DNA from: Lingula anatina
Taxonomy: Eukaryota > Animalia > Brachiopoda
Length of the DNA stretch: 64,000 nt
Direction of reading: 5' to 3'
Assembly (NCBI GenBank): GCA_051362555.1
Contig: CM120640.1
Coordinates: 44,060,788-44,124,787, forward strand
The translations under genes and the position numbers were made by a program. This document shows positions 27,148 through 39,683 of the stretch, in pieces (position 1 is the first letter of the stretch; every line of letters starts with the position of its first letter). A model generated the notes under the pieces. The model was given only the letters and a program-made list of their open reading frames with translations. It was not told the DNA's origin and searched no databases.

Positions 27148-30100
27148 ATGCAATATACACATGGTTCAAATACATGTTCATGATTATTGCGCATCAATGT
27201 CTTAAAAGGTTATTACACTTCAGTGAAGCACCACTAGGATACATGCTTTGTTCAGTTATACAAGTGCCTAATATCCAACATACCATTGTCCATGGCACCC
27301 TTAGTTCAATGCCAATTGCTAATACCTAAGGCTTAAAACACATTTATTTCCTTTTAGATGTAACCTTCCATGTGTACCCAAGCATTTGATGACATAAACC
27401 ATGCCATTTCCCGAAAGCATTGCACATTGATCCATGATTTGAGTTGAAAGCTTTTTGGGACAAACGGCTTTTACGGCCTTATCAGTTTGCTTGCGCAACA
27501 CGCAGGACACGGTGCAGGTGGTATAATGTACATGTTAATACTGGTAAATCACTTATCAGCCCTTCAAACACGTCCTGGGTTTCAGGGACAGTTGAAAACT
27601 GTTTTTTTTTCACATCTTATTTATGCTTCCATTGCTGAATAGAAGAGGACCATCGTCAGTGTCATGAAACTCAAGCTTTTTTTCACACATGTACTTTCGC
27701 GCTGACATTGCTACATGCTTTAATAACGCCCACTCAGTCACTCCTAATGGAACAGCAATAGACACTGCAAGAATCGATTCATCTGTATTTTGTACATTAC
27801 TTAAAGAAATTTTCTCACATGATTGACGGTCTTTTACACTCCTGTCCAATGAACAGGGATCCAAAATGGATTTTTGTCACCTTTGCCTAATCGAAAATAA
27901 GAATGGTATTTTCGTGTATTTTGCAGTACCAAGTTAACGAGCAAACGATTCGTATTTTTATATATAATTTATAAACTGCAAGGTACATAAGGGCCTATTT
28001 CATACTGTACTTTTACCTCAATTATGTACAGCCTACAGGATAAAGAATGATATTTTAGACATAATTAGGCATACTTTTCCATTAACAAAGCCATATGCTC
28101 CTTTTGCGGTTTGTTGCAACCTTTATTTTTTTAATTTGGACATTCAACAGTTCCAATATCCTCTTTTTTTTGACTACACTAATGATTGATAGAAATAACT
28201 GAAGATTTATGGCCCTCTTGTCAATGTAGTTGGAACAACATTAACCTGTATTTTAAATTGTCTACCTTTTGCTATTGCCAGACTATCTGTCACCCCAGCG
28301 CATTAAATGTGGTAGCGCAAAGGCTTTACAAGTAAGACCCCAATTTCAATTGCATGAATTTTGTATACATCTATCTTTAAGTGTCGGTGCTCTTGGCAAC
28401 TTTATGGTGAAATTGGTATATAAGTAAATGCTCTGGAGAAATCAAACGCAAGTAGTAAATGTGGTATGGCGTATATGAGTGGAACGCTGTTGATATCCAC
28501 TCATCAAATGTTTTCGAAAAGCCCATCATTAAATCAAACATTACACTTCATGAGGTGAATTGGAAACTCCCAAAATGACAAATACCATCGCATGTTGAGT
28601 AAACGGATGCTAAATGGCACACATATTGCAGTGTTGAATCTTTTTGAAAGGTGCGGACAAATTTTCTACTGAAAGCATTGGCTGACACAAGTAGGCTTTT
28701 TGTCGGACATTCGCCTTACGGCGTGTGCCTTGTTTTGATACGTCAAAGGACTGTGAACGCCTGTCATGGCGTAGGCCCACTTTTGGAATACATATTTGTT
28801 TTGCAAATGGAATCACTCAAGTCATACATCTCCTGGAGTTCTTTTCATATACTCAGTATGATATCAAAGAAACGTCGTCTCGCCATATTTACCCATGAAA
28901 TGCGTAACCTTGCGTGCCTTTGACATTTACGTGCAAAATTGCACTTTTATTGACCCTTTAGTTCCTATACATATATCCGGTAGGAAATTCTTCCCTGCTC
29001 GCACGTGGTGATGGCACCGAAATTGCACCCAAAATCATACCTGCCTTGAGATAAAGCACACCTTGCCACCGTCCGGGTTTCCATGATAAAGCATCAAGGA
29101 AATAATACCAGACTTACCGGTATGTCTGCTTATTGGTAACATGGGTTGCTTTCAAATCATGGTATGACTATTCTAGACTTTTTTAATGCAGAAACGGATG
29201 GTCATTATTCTGTTTTGCATGAAAATCAGGGGCACAAACATGTTTATGTTTAATTTACTAGAATACATTTTTATTTGGACGGCAGGTGCGACTTATACAT
29301 ATATCTCGAAGTCATCGTTTATTTCAATGTTACAGATTTTACATCGTATTCTTTTTGTAAAACTCGGTGATTTCTATTCATTTTTTCATTATAATAGGTC
29401 CACTCAAAATTAAAGGTCTAGGACCCCCTATCCAATCAAACGATTTTGAAATACCAAGAGATAATTAATTCTATTTCATATCAAATGAGTCCTTGCGGTG
29501 TTGATCACCTCAATCTTGATAATAAATTTCCTGTGAACGTAATTCTCATTTACAAAATGGGCGATCTTGCGACGCAATTCACCTTGTAATACCATTAGGG
29601 AAAGAAACAACTAATCACGTAGTTAATCAACGCGGTAAACAGAGTGGAGAATATCTAATGCATTTTCATAACATCTGGCATCTCTAAAAACACTAGTAGA
29701 TATGTGCACAAAGCAAATATATCTTGGTAAATACTGGTCCAATGCAAACAACAACGTCGTCGACACTGTTTATAGAAATTAACAGAATTTCTTTGCCGCG
29801 TATAGTTAACAAAAAATAGAACACACTTTTTTTAGCCTAGCCAGACGCCCTTTAATACGCTTCTTAAACGAATTGAGCTGAGTATGAATTATGACATGGA
29901 CGGTAGAGGAATTGCTAAGACCCACTTGATTGTTGGTAGGAAAACCAGATAAGGTCATTGAAATGAAGAAAAAAAGGAAGGTTTTACATTCGAGATTAAG
30001 AAGTCATAGAGACGCGCTGCGGGATTTATAGTTGTTAGATTCCATCTCATAATTTTAACATTATATCGGGTATTAATTGGGTTTGTAATTAATCAGTTTA

Positions 30101-32812
30101 CATAACTTATCAGTCACCAAGGGGATTGATCATTCAGCGGAGCGGCATGAAATTGATATTAGAACCTCTTTTGGGACGTTGAGATGAATGCGGCGTGATG
30201 TGCAATCTAACCGGTCCATCCTTGCAAAAGATACTTCCTAAGTTGCAGGTTTTTACATCATTATGCGGTCAATAGCCTATTTTTGTAATCAGAAAAAAAC
30301 TAATTTTCTCTGCAAATATAACATCAATTCTTGGCACCAAGCTCCTAGTGTACTTATATGATTATGAAATGCTAAAGGCGGCCGTTCTTTGAGCAATGTA
30401 ACATTGTGTCAATAACCATTTATTGGATGTGGTATTTGTATGAGAGTGTATCGATCTTATATTACTTATATACAAATTTGGTTTTCTTTCTCAAAACATA
30501 ACCAGATTTGAACCAGTTTACTTTTGGGACCTCGGGATAGCTGGCATAATGAGGACAATCCATCTAAAAAGAATGATCAAGAAAACGAGATGCACAGTTC
30601 ATTCACATCTAGAAACGGTACTTTTATGTAAACTGTCTCGTGTTTGTTTTATATTTTTCTCTTGACACACACGAGAGGACACTTATAACCTAAGATCATG
30701 TTCCTGCTCCATTTCAAGGCTGTGTGGACATGGCGCCCGCGTGTCCAAATGTATATCTTTGACGTCACGGCTAACAAGAAAGAGTGTCACATAGCATCAG
30801 CATTTATTAGCTAGATAAACCTTGTCATCTATATCACTGTCTCAATTAAAAACCTACGTCGTTTGGTTTAATTCCGCCAAACAAGCTGCGACAAGTTATA
30901 ACGAACTTTATAAACCGCGAACATGTCGATTCATATTGTCTGCGAGACCGACTAGATATGAACATTTAATCATTTTATTTTGAATATGAGGTTCCTCATG
31001 GTTTGCTTGGACTTAATGTTTCTATACCTCTGCTTATGATCCCATTACTGTCATGTACTGTGTTTATTTCTGCACCCCGTTCCCACCCCTCCTCCAAAGT
31101 CGATAAGTTGAATGTGATCAAGAAGTTATAATGAGATATTCTTCTTGATGTGATTTACTGATGCTTGGTGATATCGGGGAATTTTTTAGTATTATTTGTG
31201 CTTGTCGAATTATTGCTTACTTTTGACAAGGAAAGGGGTATCAAATATAACGCGCTTTGAAAGCTCAAGTTTCAGGACTATTTTAGTATATAACAGATAA
31301 CTAAGCACTAGGATCCAAGATTCATTAACGCTCACCCGCAGTGTGTGAAGGGGTTTTAATCTCTGTCACATTAACTGTCGTGATGGCATCAAATTGGACT
31401 ATTGTGAATGCCAAAGTGTAATCTTAGCTTAATAAGGATCAGGTGTGAAGAAATAACGTCCCCCGTGCCTGTAATTGTGTTTTTGTAATTTTCACAATTT
31501 ATCTGTCCATCAACACCTGCTTCCTACAATTACATCTAAAGCCTGTTCTTCGTCTTAAATAATCAGTGTTTGGTAGACTAACTCGCGATCGACAGTATGT
31601 ACTGATTGTAATACAGTAGTGATGATATATATATATTTATTGCAATTTATTGCAACTCGTGTCACTTGGTTTGTACAATGTAATGCATATTTTGAGTTCA
31701 GATAATTGCTATCTAGCAAAACACGCATGTCTTATGACATAACGTTTTTACATGTAATTCATACACGAGCATTTGGTAATATATAATGAAATTCAGAAGA
31801 CTGAAATGATTGCAGTCTTTGAGTGCCCCTTGGTATTGCTGGAGAATCTCCAAATACCCGACTCTCTTGATAAAAAGAGGTAAATTGTCAACCTCCCGCC
31901 CCTAAATTTCTGAGTTACTATGATTTTTTCATGCATGACTCGTTCATCACGAGATGCGGTCATTATGTCGGTCACATATTGTAGCAAAGAATAGATCGCC
32001 CCGGAGTTACATTGAACCCCACTCTTTGATGATCGTTGTGCCTTAATTAACGTCAGATGAAACGATTACAAAAATGCGACCTTTAAATAGATTGCAAATA
32101 CTTGACAGCTAGTTATAATCTGTCTTCAAAGGTAACTAGTAGTTACCATTGATTTCTTCTTTTTAAGGCACTTATTCTACATATTTTTCCATCAGGAACG
32201 CTGAAAGCTGTGCGACAAAGTGCTGCTTCGCAAGCACTTCGGCTCTGATTTATGCATGCATTGTCTACATCACTTTCCATTTTTAACAGCGGTCTGTTTT
32301 CCAATATGCATTCAATATCTTTGCAAACATCATATCTCCCATAATAAAGCGCTGGTCTGACCGGACCAAACACAAATTGACTTATTATTATTAACATGGC
32401 TAGGTATACGCGTTCATCCAATTGTTCTATTCAAACTTATTGTTCGCTCCCGTCTTTCAAACAGTGTTTTATCTTTGATATTTCTCCTCTTGTCGGAAAA
32501 TCGGCCCAGCCATATGTTTGACCCTACGGATAACATTTAACGATGTCCTGTCCTCGGGTTTCTATGCCTTTTAATTTCCTTTAAGTGTGTATTACTGGGA
32601 GGAGGAATTATTTTATCGTATTACAGGCAGCAGGCTCTGATGGTGCAGTCATCTGATTATAGACGTGTTAAAACATGCTGTATCACATCTTGGCTAATAA
32701 AGCAGGATTTCTAATAACACTCTCTCTTTTATTTGCAGTCAGATTCCACCTCGCTGTAAAATAATTTTTGCAAATAAAGAAGTGTGCAAAGGACTTAAAT
32801 TTTTACTTACAG

Positions 32813-32948
32813 TTACCATGACGACCAACATAAGAACCTCTTGAACTCTATGTGGATGATTGCAATCACATTTCTCTCCATTGGGTATGGTGATCTCGTA
32901 CCTAACACGTACTGTGGACGGGCCATCGCAGTATTTACAGGGATTATG
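32813..32948 (+). CDS. SK: SK channel coding exon 4 (pore helix, GYG selectivity filter, start of S6)
   Basis: Acceptor ttacttacag, donor ATG|GTAAGC. Encodes (S)[45 protein letters not shown]. 136 nt, phase matches exon 3. Confidence 0.96.
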
Positions 32949-33594
32949 GTAAGCTAAAAATAGGTGAAATCCTCCATAAATGTATACTTTAAAACGGTTG
33001 GAGTTTGTTAAAATGATGATAATCTTACGCCTTTAACCACTATTTAGAATGTCCTAGGATTTGTTTGATTTAACTATGATTCACAGTCGAAGTCCTTTAA
33101 AAATTCTCTCAATCTTCAATATTGATACTTAGTTGAAAGATAACATGGCCAACATAATTCATACAGTCTTTCCATTTTAAACCGATGTCGCAGGTGGTTG
33201 GAGATCGTCACAGCACATTGGCAACGTTCTGTGGCATCTAAAATGGTGATGGTACTTTAAAAGTGCTTAACTGGGATGCATAATTTGGAAAAGATTCTTA
33301 ATGTCTTAGTCATATGTCGATTTGTGTTCATGATTGCCCAATTTATATGTCTGTCTCATCTATCTTGATTATCATTTTCAAACTGCGATCCATCGTTATG
33401 ACTGATCGTATACGAATTTCTTACATTTTATCTTTGTAACACATCATATGCTGTTATTTAATTCAGCTTTGATTCCTATTATTTCGACATGATTTTAGCT
33501 TGATAATAATTCCAATCCAAATGAGCCACATGCCTGAATGGCTATGAGATTACGTAGGGTTTCTATCATGTGTATTTCTGACAATTCCTTCCAG

Positions 33595-33705
33595 GGGTCA
33601 GGGTGCACTGCTCTCGTAGTAGCGGTCATAGCCAGGAAGCTTGAGCTCACGAGAGCAGAGAAACACGTCCACAACTTCATGATGGACTCTCAGCTCACAA
33701 AGAGG
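33595..33705 (+). CDS. SK: SK channel coding exon 5 (S6 end, start of calmodulin-binding domain)
   Basis: Acceptor ttccttccag, donor AGG|GTAAGC. Encodes [37 protein letters not shown] (111 nt). Confidence 0.96.
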
Positions 33706-33963
33706 GTAAGCGGTTGAAAAAGGGAATTTAATGGCTCACCCGTCTCGCAATGTCATTATTCAGAGCATCATTTATAGTTAATCTGTCTTGATGCTAAGGA
33801 TGCGTACGGTATGCAGCGTGTTTTTAGCATAAACGCAGTAAGATAACTGAAACAGTGACAAAAAGAGCAATACCGCTTATAATTTGAATTGATCTTGGAT
33901 TGGAAATACATGTATCTTATCGTACCATTATTAATGCTATCATATTTTCACATTGAATTCCAG

Positions 33964-34091
33964 ATGAAAAATTCGGCAGCAAACGTTCTTAGAGAAACGT
34001 GGTTAATCTATAAATATACAAAGTTAGTGAAAAGGGTAAACACCAGTAAAGTACGGACACACCAACGAAAATTCCTTCAGGCAATTCACAG
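33964..34091 (+). CDS. SK: SK channel coding exon 6 (calmodulin-binding domain)
   Basis: Acceptor attccag, donor AG|GTGAGA. Encodes [42 protein letters not shown]. 128 nt, ends phase 2. Confidence 0.96.
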
Positions 34092-34830
34092 GTGAGAATA
34101 AAAACAATATAACGCGCGAAAAAATGTAACGTTGCCAAAATAACCAAAAACAGGCCACATAAGAGAATGTATTGGTGAAAGAAAAAGAAATTATTCATCG
34201 CGTTCAAAACACGACACTTGAAGTCATTTCACAGTAGAATGTTCACAGCTCAGAAATCAACAGCATTATACACGCAAAATATGTACTAATAAACATGCCC
34301 AAAAGTAATTTATAATTATTATTATTATAAAGGAAAACAGATTATTATAAATGATTAAGAACAATTCACAGTTAGGAAATGAACCAAACACGTAACACGC
34401 GCTGTAGGTTACGTGGCACATTATTCGTTGTAAAACAGGCAGATTTGTCAGTAAGTCCAAAATGTTCCCTTCCTTGATGTTTATCTGTCAAAACCCAAAC
34501 CACAGTACCAGAACGTGTATATTTGATAGTTGCTGAGTCCTGTAAAGTCTGGCATTTAGGTATGGCTAATTAAGCAGCCTAACTACAAATTATCAGCTTA
34601 ATAGCACCTGATCTTCTCCCACATGGCTTTGATCGTTGCCAATAGTACTAGTGCGGAAAAAAAGGTATTGTTTGCTTCATGGATTTTGAAACCGATGGTG
34701 TTAAGGACGACTGCAATATGTCAAATGTGACGTTTATTATATATTTGTAAACATGGGTGTCGATATTGAATATGATATCAAATTTAATATGATAACAGTT
34801 GTATTACTTCTATATATGCTTTGTTTTCAG

Positions 34831-34900
34831 TTTGCGAAAAGTGAAAGTATATCAAAGAAAGCTCACCGACCAAGCCAACACACTAGTAGACTTAGCAAAG
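34831..34900 (+). CDS. SK: SK channel coding exon 7 (end of calmodulin-binding domain)
   Basis: Acceptor ttgttttcag, donor AAG|GTAGGT. Encodes (S)LRKVKVYQRKLTDQANTLVDLAK (70 nt). Confidence 0.95.
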
Positions 34901-37324
34901 GTAGGTAATTGCATTGATGTCGGCGGTGTGCTGCTTGCGTATGTTCTGTTGTAACAAACATATTTCATCACAACAAGATACCCTCATTAGACTTCCCCAA
35001 TTTAGGCGAGTACCAGGTAAGCTTTCTTCCCATCAAGCATTTAAGCGTTCCTATGTTGTTGCCGAATTTTAATGTCGTTTGTGTACGCAATGTGACATCT
35101 ATCTTGCTTCTTCTACATCTAATATGAGAATCGCCCTTAATTATTCATCATACCTGTGATATTTTCATTACTGATAGCAAGGATGTTATATCTACGCAGT
35201 GGTATTTTATTGCTTTTCTAAAGCACAAATGTTCTTACGTCTATGCCTTATTTACACTTGCGAAGTTAGCGCTGTTTTCGCCCTATGATTAATATAACAG
35301 CACATAGGTTTAGAGCCATTATTGCAAAATGTGTGAATACTGTGATTTGGCATTTCCTGATTGTTTTGTCAAGGCAAATTGCGCTATTCCTATTGAGCGA
35401 AATGTAGGGGGCCAACAGATAAGATTTGATGAAACTGTCTGTAAAGCCACAGATTCCAATAATGTAGCTACCGCCTGGAAAGTGCTTTTTGATGACCATC
35501 CAAATTTATGCAGTGAAATAAATGTGAGAGATTGAAACAAGCTGCCAGAGAGACTATCTTTAAAAACAGCTTTCCAAATCGACTCAAAGAGACCCTCGGT
35601 CTATACATGTACGTCTTTTAATGAAGGGAACTTTTCATCGTACCAGACAATCACGTTGACTTTTCATCTGTGCACGCATTGCTAAAATATGTGTATCTTC
35701 CCTGAGAATAGAACGACCCCAATTTCAGTCCTTCACGAAATCCCTTGACATCATACACGCACACAAACCCAGAGTCACTACTTCTTAATCTTATGCTCCT
35801 AACACTGTCGTCTCCTCGACGTGTTTGTCACACTAATGGACTGTTGCCTTTTGTAGCGTATGTTTCAGAATGGTTTGGAGGCTTGTCCCAGCGTGTATAT
35901 CTCCGTGCCGCATATCGTCTATCAACAGGTTTGAGTCTATACCCGTCTCTCAGAATGTTTAGGTGTGGTTTACATGCATTCAAACTTCTACTACTCTCCC
36001 TTATTTAAAATGTATGGTGTTGATTTTATTCCTGAGCATAGATCCCGCCTTATATTTGAACCCATCCCCGCCCCTTTAACGAGTAAACTACTCCATTTAA
36101 TAATGCCGATATCGATGGTGCAGGGACGTTGTCATAACGACAGAAATTGGCTAAGAAGATGAGACGCACCATGAAGCGATTTGTCCGGGAGAGTAGTAGT
36201 TTACTAATACGATTTTAGTGTTTGGTTGGATATGGGGCACGTTGGCACGTTGGATGGTATGTTACATTATATTATGAATATTAAATGTGATGGGAAAGGC
36301 GCTGTTTAATTTGGGTTCTTTGACTTGAATACTTTTAGCCGGTTGCTGCTGTGTTAGATGTTAGGTTATAGGTGCTCTGGACTAATGCGCATGTGAAATG
36401 GAATTCCTAGTTTTCATCTCAAACTTAATTCCCATCTTAACTATAGCCATAAGTGTAGCATGTTCTGTTCTACCTTGCGTGTGTGAATGTAAATTGTTTG
36501 CCTGAGTTGTTTCCGCAAGCTACTCTTCCCGATGGCTTGCTGGATATCAAATAGCATTCCTATTTATTCTTAGTCCTCCGAACGGATTCATTATTGGTTG
36601 CTTTTTAAGTGGCTTTGGTGCATACCTAGCAGGGTTCATCCAATATCGATTCATTCTGACTGGAAGTTTTTACTTTTTTTTCTTTTTGCAATATATAAAC
36701 CGATGCTGTTAGTGTTCCCTTTACCTTACTAATACCAAGTGTGCAAATCTATTGTTGGTTAACTCCACCTGCCGATTTGAAGTTTATTTTGAAGATATGA
36801 ATGTGCACCAAGCATTCCCCAATACCTTTAGTGTTCTTGAAATAATAACCCAGCTAATAAACCAACCGTCTTGAAAGCACGTAGGCACCGTAGGTTCTTC
36901 TTTCTTAGGATGAGGTTAACGCTGACTGTGCTCCAACTAATACCTGCATTTATTTAGCAAATGGAGTGTGCGAATATCCCTACTTATCCTCACTAACGCT
37001 GCAGTTCTCTTTTCCCTGCGTCTTTCCTTACTCCAATTGGTATTATTGCTTTTAAGTCACATACAGTTAAGTTCACGGTCTGCATTGCCCATAAACTATT
37101 CAGTTAGTACACTGTCTTTAGAAAACCAACCTGGTGATTTATTTTATTAGTCTGAAAGCATATTTTGCTGAACAAGGTCGTATCCACCCAGGTGTGAATT
37201 TTACCCTAAGTATATCCATACGAATCCAATGTTGTGGGTTCTTGGTTTTTGAGGAACCCTTTTTTCATGCAAGAACTGGGTAATTGAATTGCTACCATAC
37301 ACTAAAATAATGCCATTTTTTCAG

Positions 37325-37426
37325 ACGCAGACCAACATGTTTGAAATGGTTACCGATATGCATCTTAAGCAGGCGACTGTCGAATCTAGAGTGGACGAAA
37401 TTGAAGAAAAGTTAACCTCTCTTCAG
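37325..37426 (+). CDS. SK: SK channel coding exon 8 (C-terminal coiled coil)
   Basis: Acceptor ttttttcag, donor CAG|GTAGGG. Encodes TQTNMFEMVTDMHLKQATVESRVDEIEEKLTSLQ (102 nt), continuing the conserved DLAK-TQ junction. Confidence 0.92.
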
Positions 37427-37743
37427 GTAGGGGAAAAAGTCGGTTTGATAATTTCATTAGTTGTAATTCGACGTGAACAAAGTCCAGGGTTGTAGCAGCA
37501 CCAATAGGATTTAATTCAGAATTATATTTCATTAAACCTACGCAGTGCATCTTGTTACCGTCATCGTAGACGTTATATCGCATCCCAAATGAACGCCTTA
37601 ACGGATAAAAAATCATACAATTGTAACACGAGTCTGTGAAGACATCCAAATCAAATGAATGGTGTTTAAAAGAAACGACTGTGTTGAAACAAGGCAATTC
37701 CAAGTAAACACATTCCATTTATATATTTCTTCTCTGATCTCAG

Positions 37744-37980
37744 TTACAGTTGGAGGCTCTGCCAGGTGCGGTAGCGGAACACATCGCAGCAATTCAGGAA
37801 CAGAAACAGCAAGCACAATCTCCTCTCTCATCTACCGCATCCAAGCCACATCCAAATCGACCGCGTGCTGCCAGTTTGAATAGCCAGCGGCCAATGTCCC
37901 CCTTACCGCCATTAAACGCCGTCGGTCATCGGCGGCCATCGCGAACTTCAAAATCAGACAACATTTCTTCAAATGCATGA
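37744..37980 (+). CDS. SK: SK channel terminal coding exon 9
   Basis: Acceptor tctctgatctcag. Encodes LQLEALPGAVAEHI...HRRPSRTSKSDNISSNA followed by TGA. The nine exons total 2274 nt = 757 aa + stop. Confidence 0.88.
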   Translation, partial: LQLEALPGAVAEHIAAIQEQKQQAQSPLSSTASKPHPNRPRAASLNSQRPMSPLPPLNAVGHRRPSRTSKSDNISSNA

Positions 37981-39259
37981 CATGTTTGCGGTTACATTCC
38001 TGGGGACAGGCTCCGGTCGCCCATATACCCGGGCGCTGCGATTAAAGCTATGCGTCTGAAATGATTGAAATGTGTGACGTGTTGAAATGCAGGCACGAGT
38101 GAGGGTTATATTACTCCCCAAAGCACCGAGCTCAGTAACCTCCTTCATAAAAAAAGGAGAGCAGATTTCTGGAATTATCTTCATTGCAGCACATCGCCGG
38201 AATAGGCCTGTGAGAGAAGGCTTAAGATGCGACATAGGGGACCCCCCAGTCTCGCAAATGTGATCTGCTATACTGTGATACAAAGAACGCAGCAGCAGCC
38301 GCAGCAGCTTATGGTCACAAAATAGCCCTTTTTACAAGGACAAAAAATTATTCATATGCTTAACGAACAGAGGCATTGCGGACATGAAAAGTACACGAAA
38401 TAATTATGCCCATTCAAAAAACACAAAATTTCGTTTTTGTACCATAATAAGCGTAAAGAGTCAACACCTCCATGTCTTGTCTTAAAACACGTCGGATATC
38501 ATTAGACCTTTAAGAAGCACACTGTGATGAGATTGACTCGTAATTTTCACGTCTTAATATATAGATATCTACACATTATATGTATATTCACAAACGTGTC
38601 CGAAAGTCATTTAGGAATGTTTCCAGAGACTCGTGGAACTTCTTTGTACGCGCAGCTTACTTGTTTATAAAGAGCGCTTAGCACTTGGATGGACGCAAAT
38701 TGCGTTCATGAAATATATATATTGTAAGTGCCAAGAATGTCTGTGTGCGTTAATAAGATATATAAATAACATGCCCACACCCAAATGCATGAAGAGACTG
38801 CCATTAATGCAGCAACATTTAGCTTGAAGTCATGATTATCTTTGTTGAGAAATTCTCCTCGTTTTTGTCCTTCCTTAGAACATTCCAAGACAACCCATCT
38901 CAAGAGCTGTGCTAACAATATATTGGTTGGTATTTCTCTCTTTTTTTCTAAAGGACTTACATTATTGTCATTTTCTTTGGTTGCAAGAGGTTAGATATGG
39001 GCCTACTGTACCTATATACAGGTCTGTAATGATTTTGATATTCTGTTCCAGTCACTGTTTATGTATTTTCACTAGTCCACTCGATGAATATAAACTTTTT
39101 ATTGGTATTCTACTGACCAAATTTTGTTATAGTGTTTATTATTTTGCTTGGTGATACTGCACTCATTTTACTTCTGTTGTAAGTTTTAAAATTATTCACG
39201 GAATGCTCGATTTTATTTGATATTTCCGCTACATTTTCTGTTTAACACATGTATTTGTG

Positions 39260-39260
<1 letters not shown>

Positions 39261-39304
<44 letters not shown>
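39261..39304. repeat. Poly(T) tract, 44 nt, in the putative SK 3'-UTR
   Basis: Uninterrupted T run. Confidence 0.9.
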
Positions 39305-39305
<1 letters not shown>

Positions 39306-39677
39306 AAAGGAAAAAAAGATAAACATGTATGTCATTATTCAGAATCCGTCTCCTGACCTCTTTGGATGACGTTCACATAATACACTTCACTGTTTCTTCG
39401 CGGGTATTTGTTTTATGCACACTCTTTTCATCGTACGCTAAAACAATCTATTCTGATTTTCAATAGAAACAGATAAGAACAGTATTTTTAGTTATAAGAG
39501 CAATTGTTGTTTACGTATGCTAACGTTATCCGTTTCCTAACTCCGTCCGTCATACTTGGACTGCCTTCAGCTTCTCTGGACATAGTGTTCTGCCTTTGTG
39601 TCTGTGCTGCATAATCAACTGTGCTGATTACAATATACATGAACATGAAATGGGCGTGTCATTTACCTTGTGGAAAG

Positions 39678-39683
39678 AATAAA
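39678..39683 (+). promoter_or_regulatory. Candidate SK polyadenylation signal
   Basis: AATAAA about 1.7 kb after the stop, followed by a GT-rich tract (gtgtctgtt) about 20 nt later. Confidence 0.35.

Noticed and set aside
33194-33251. GD...TFCG-like segment in intron 4 resembling [10 protein letters not shown]
   Set aside because: In-frame stop, wrong spacing, weak donor and no pore helix upstream.
34247-34255. AGCTCAGAA, which could encode the AQK insert of vertebrate SK1
   Set aside because: Not followed by a GT donor; coincidental.
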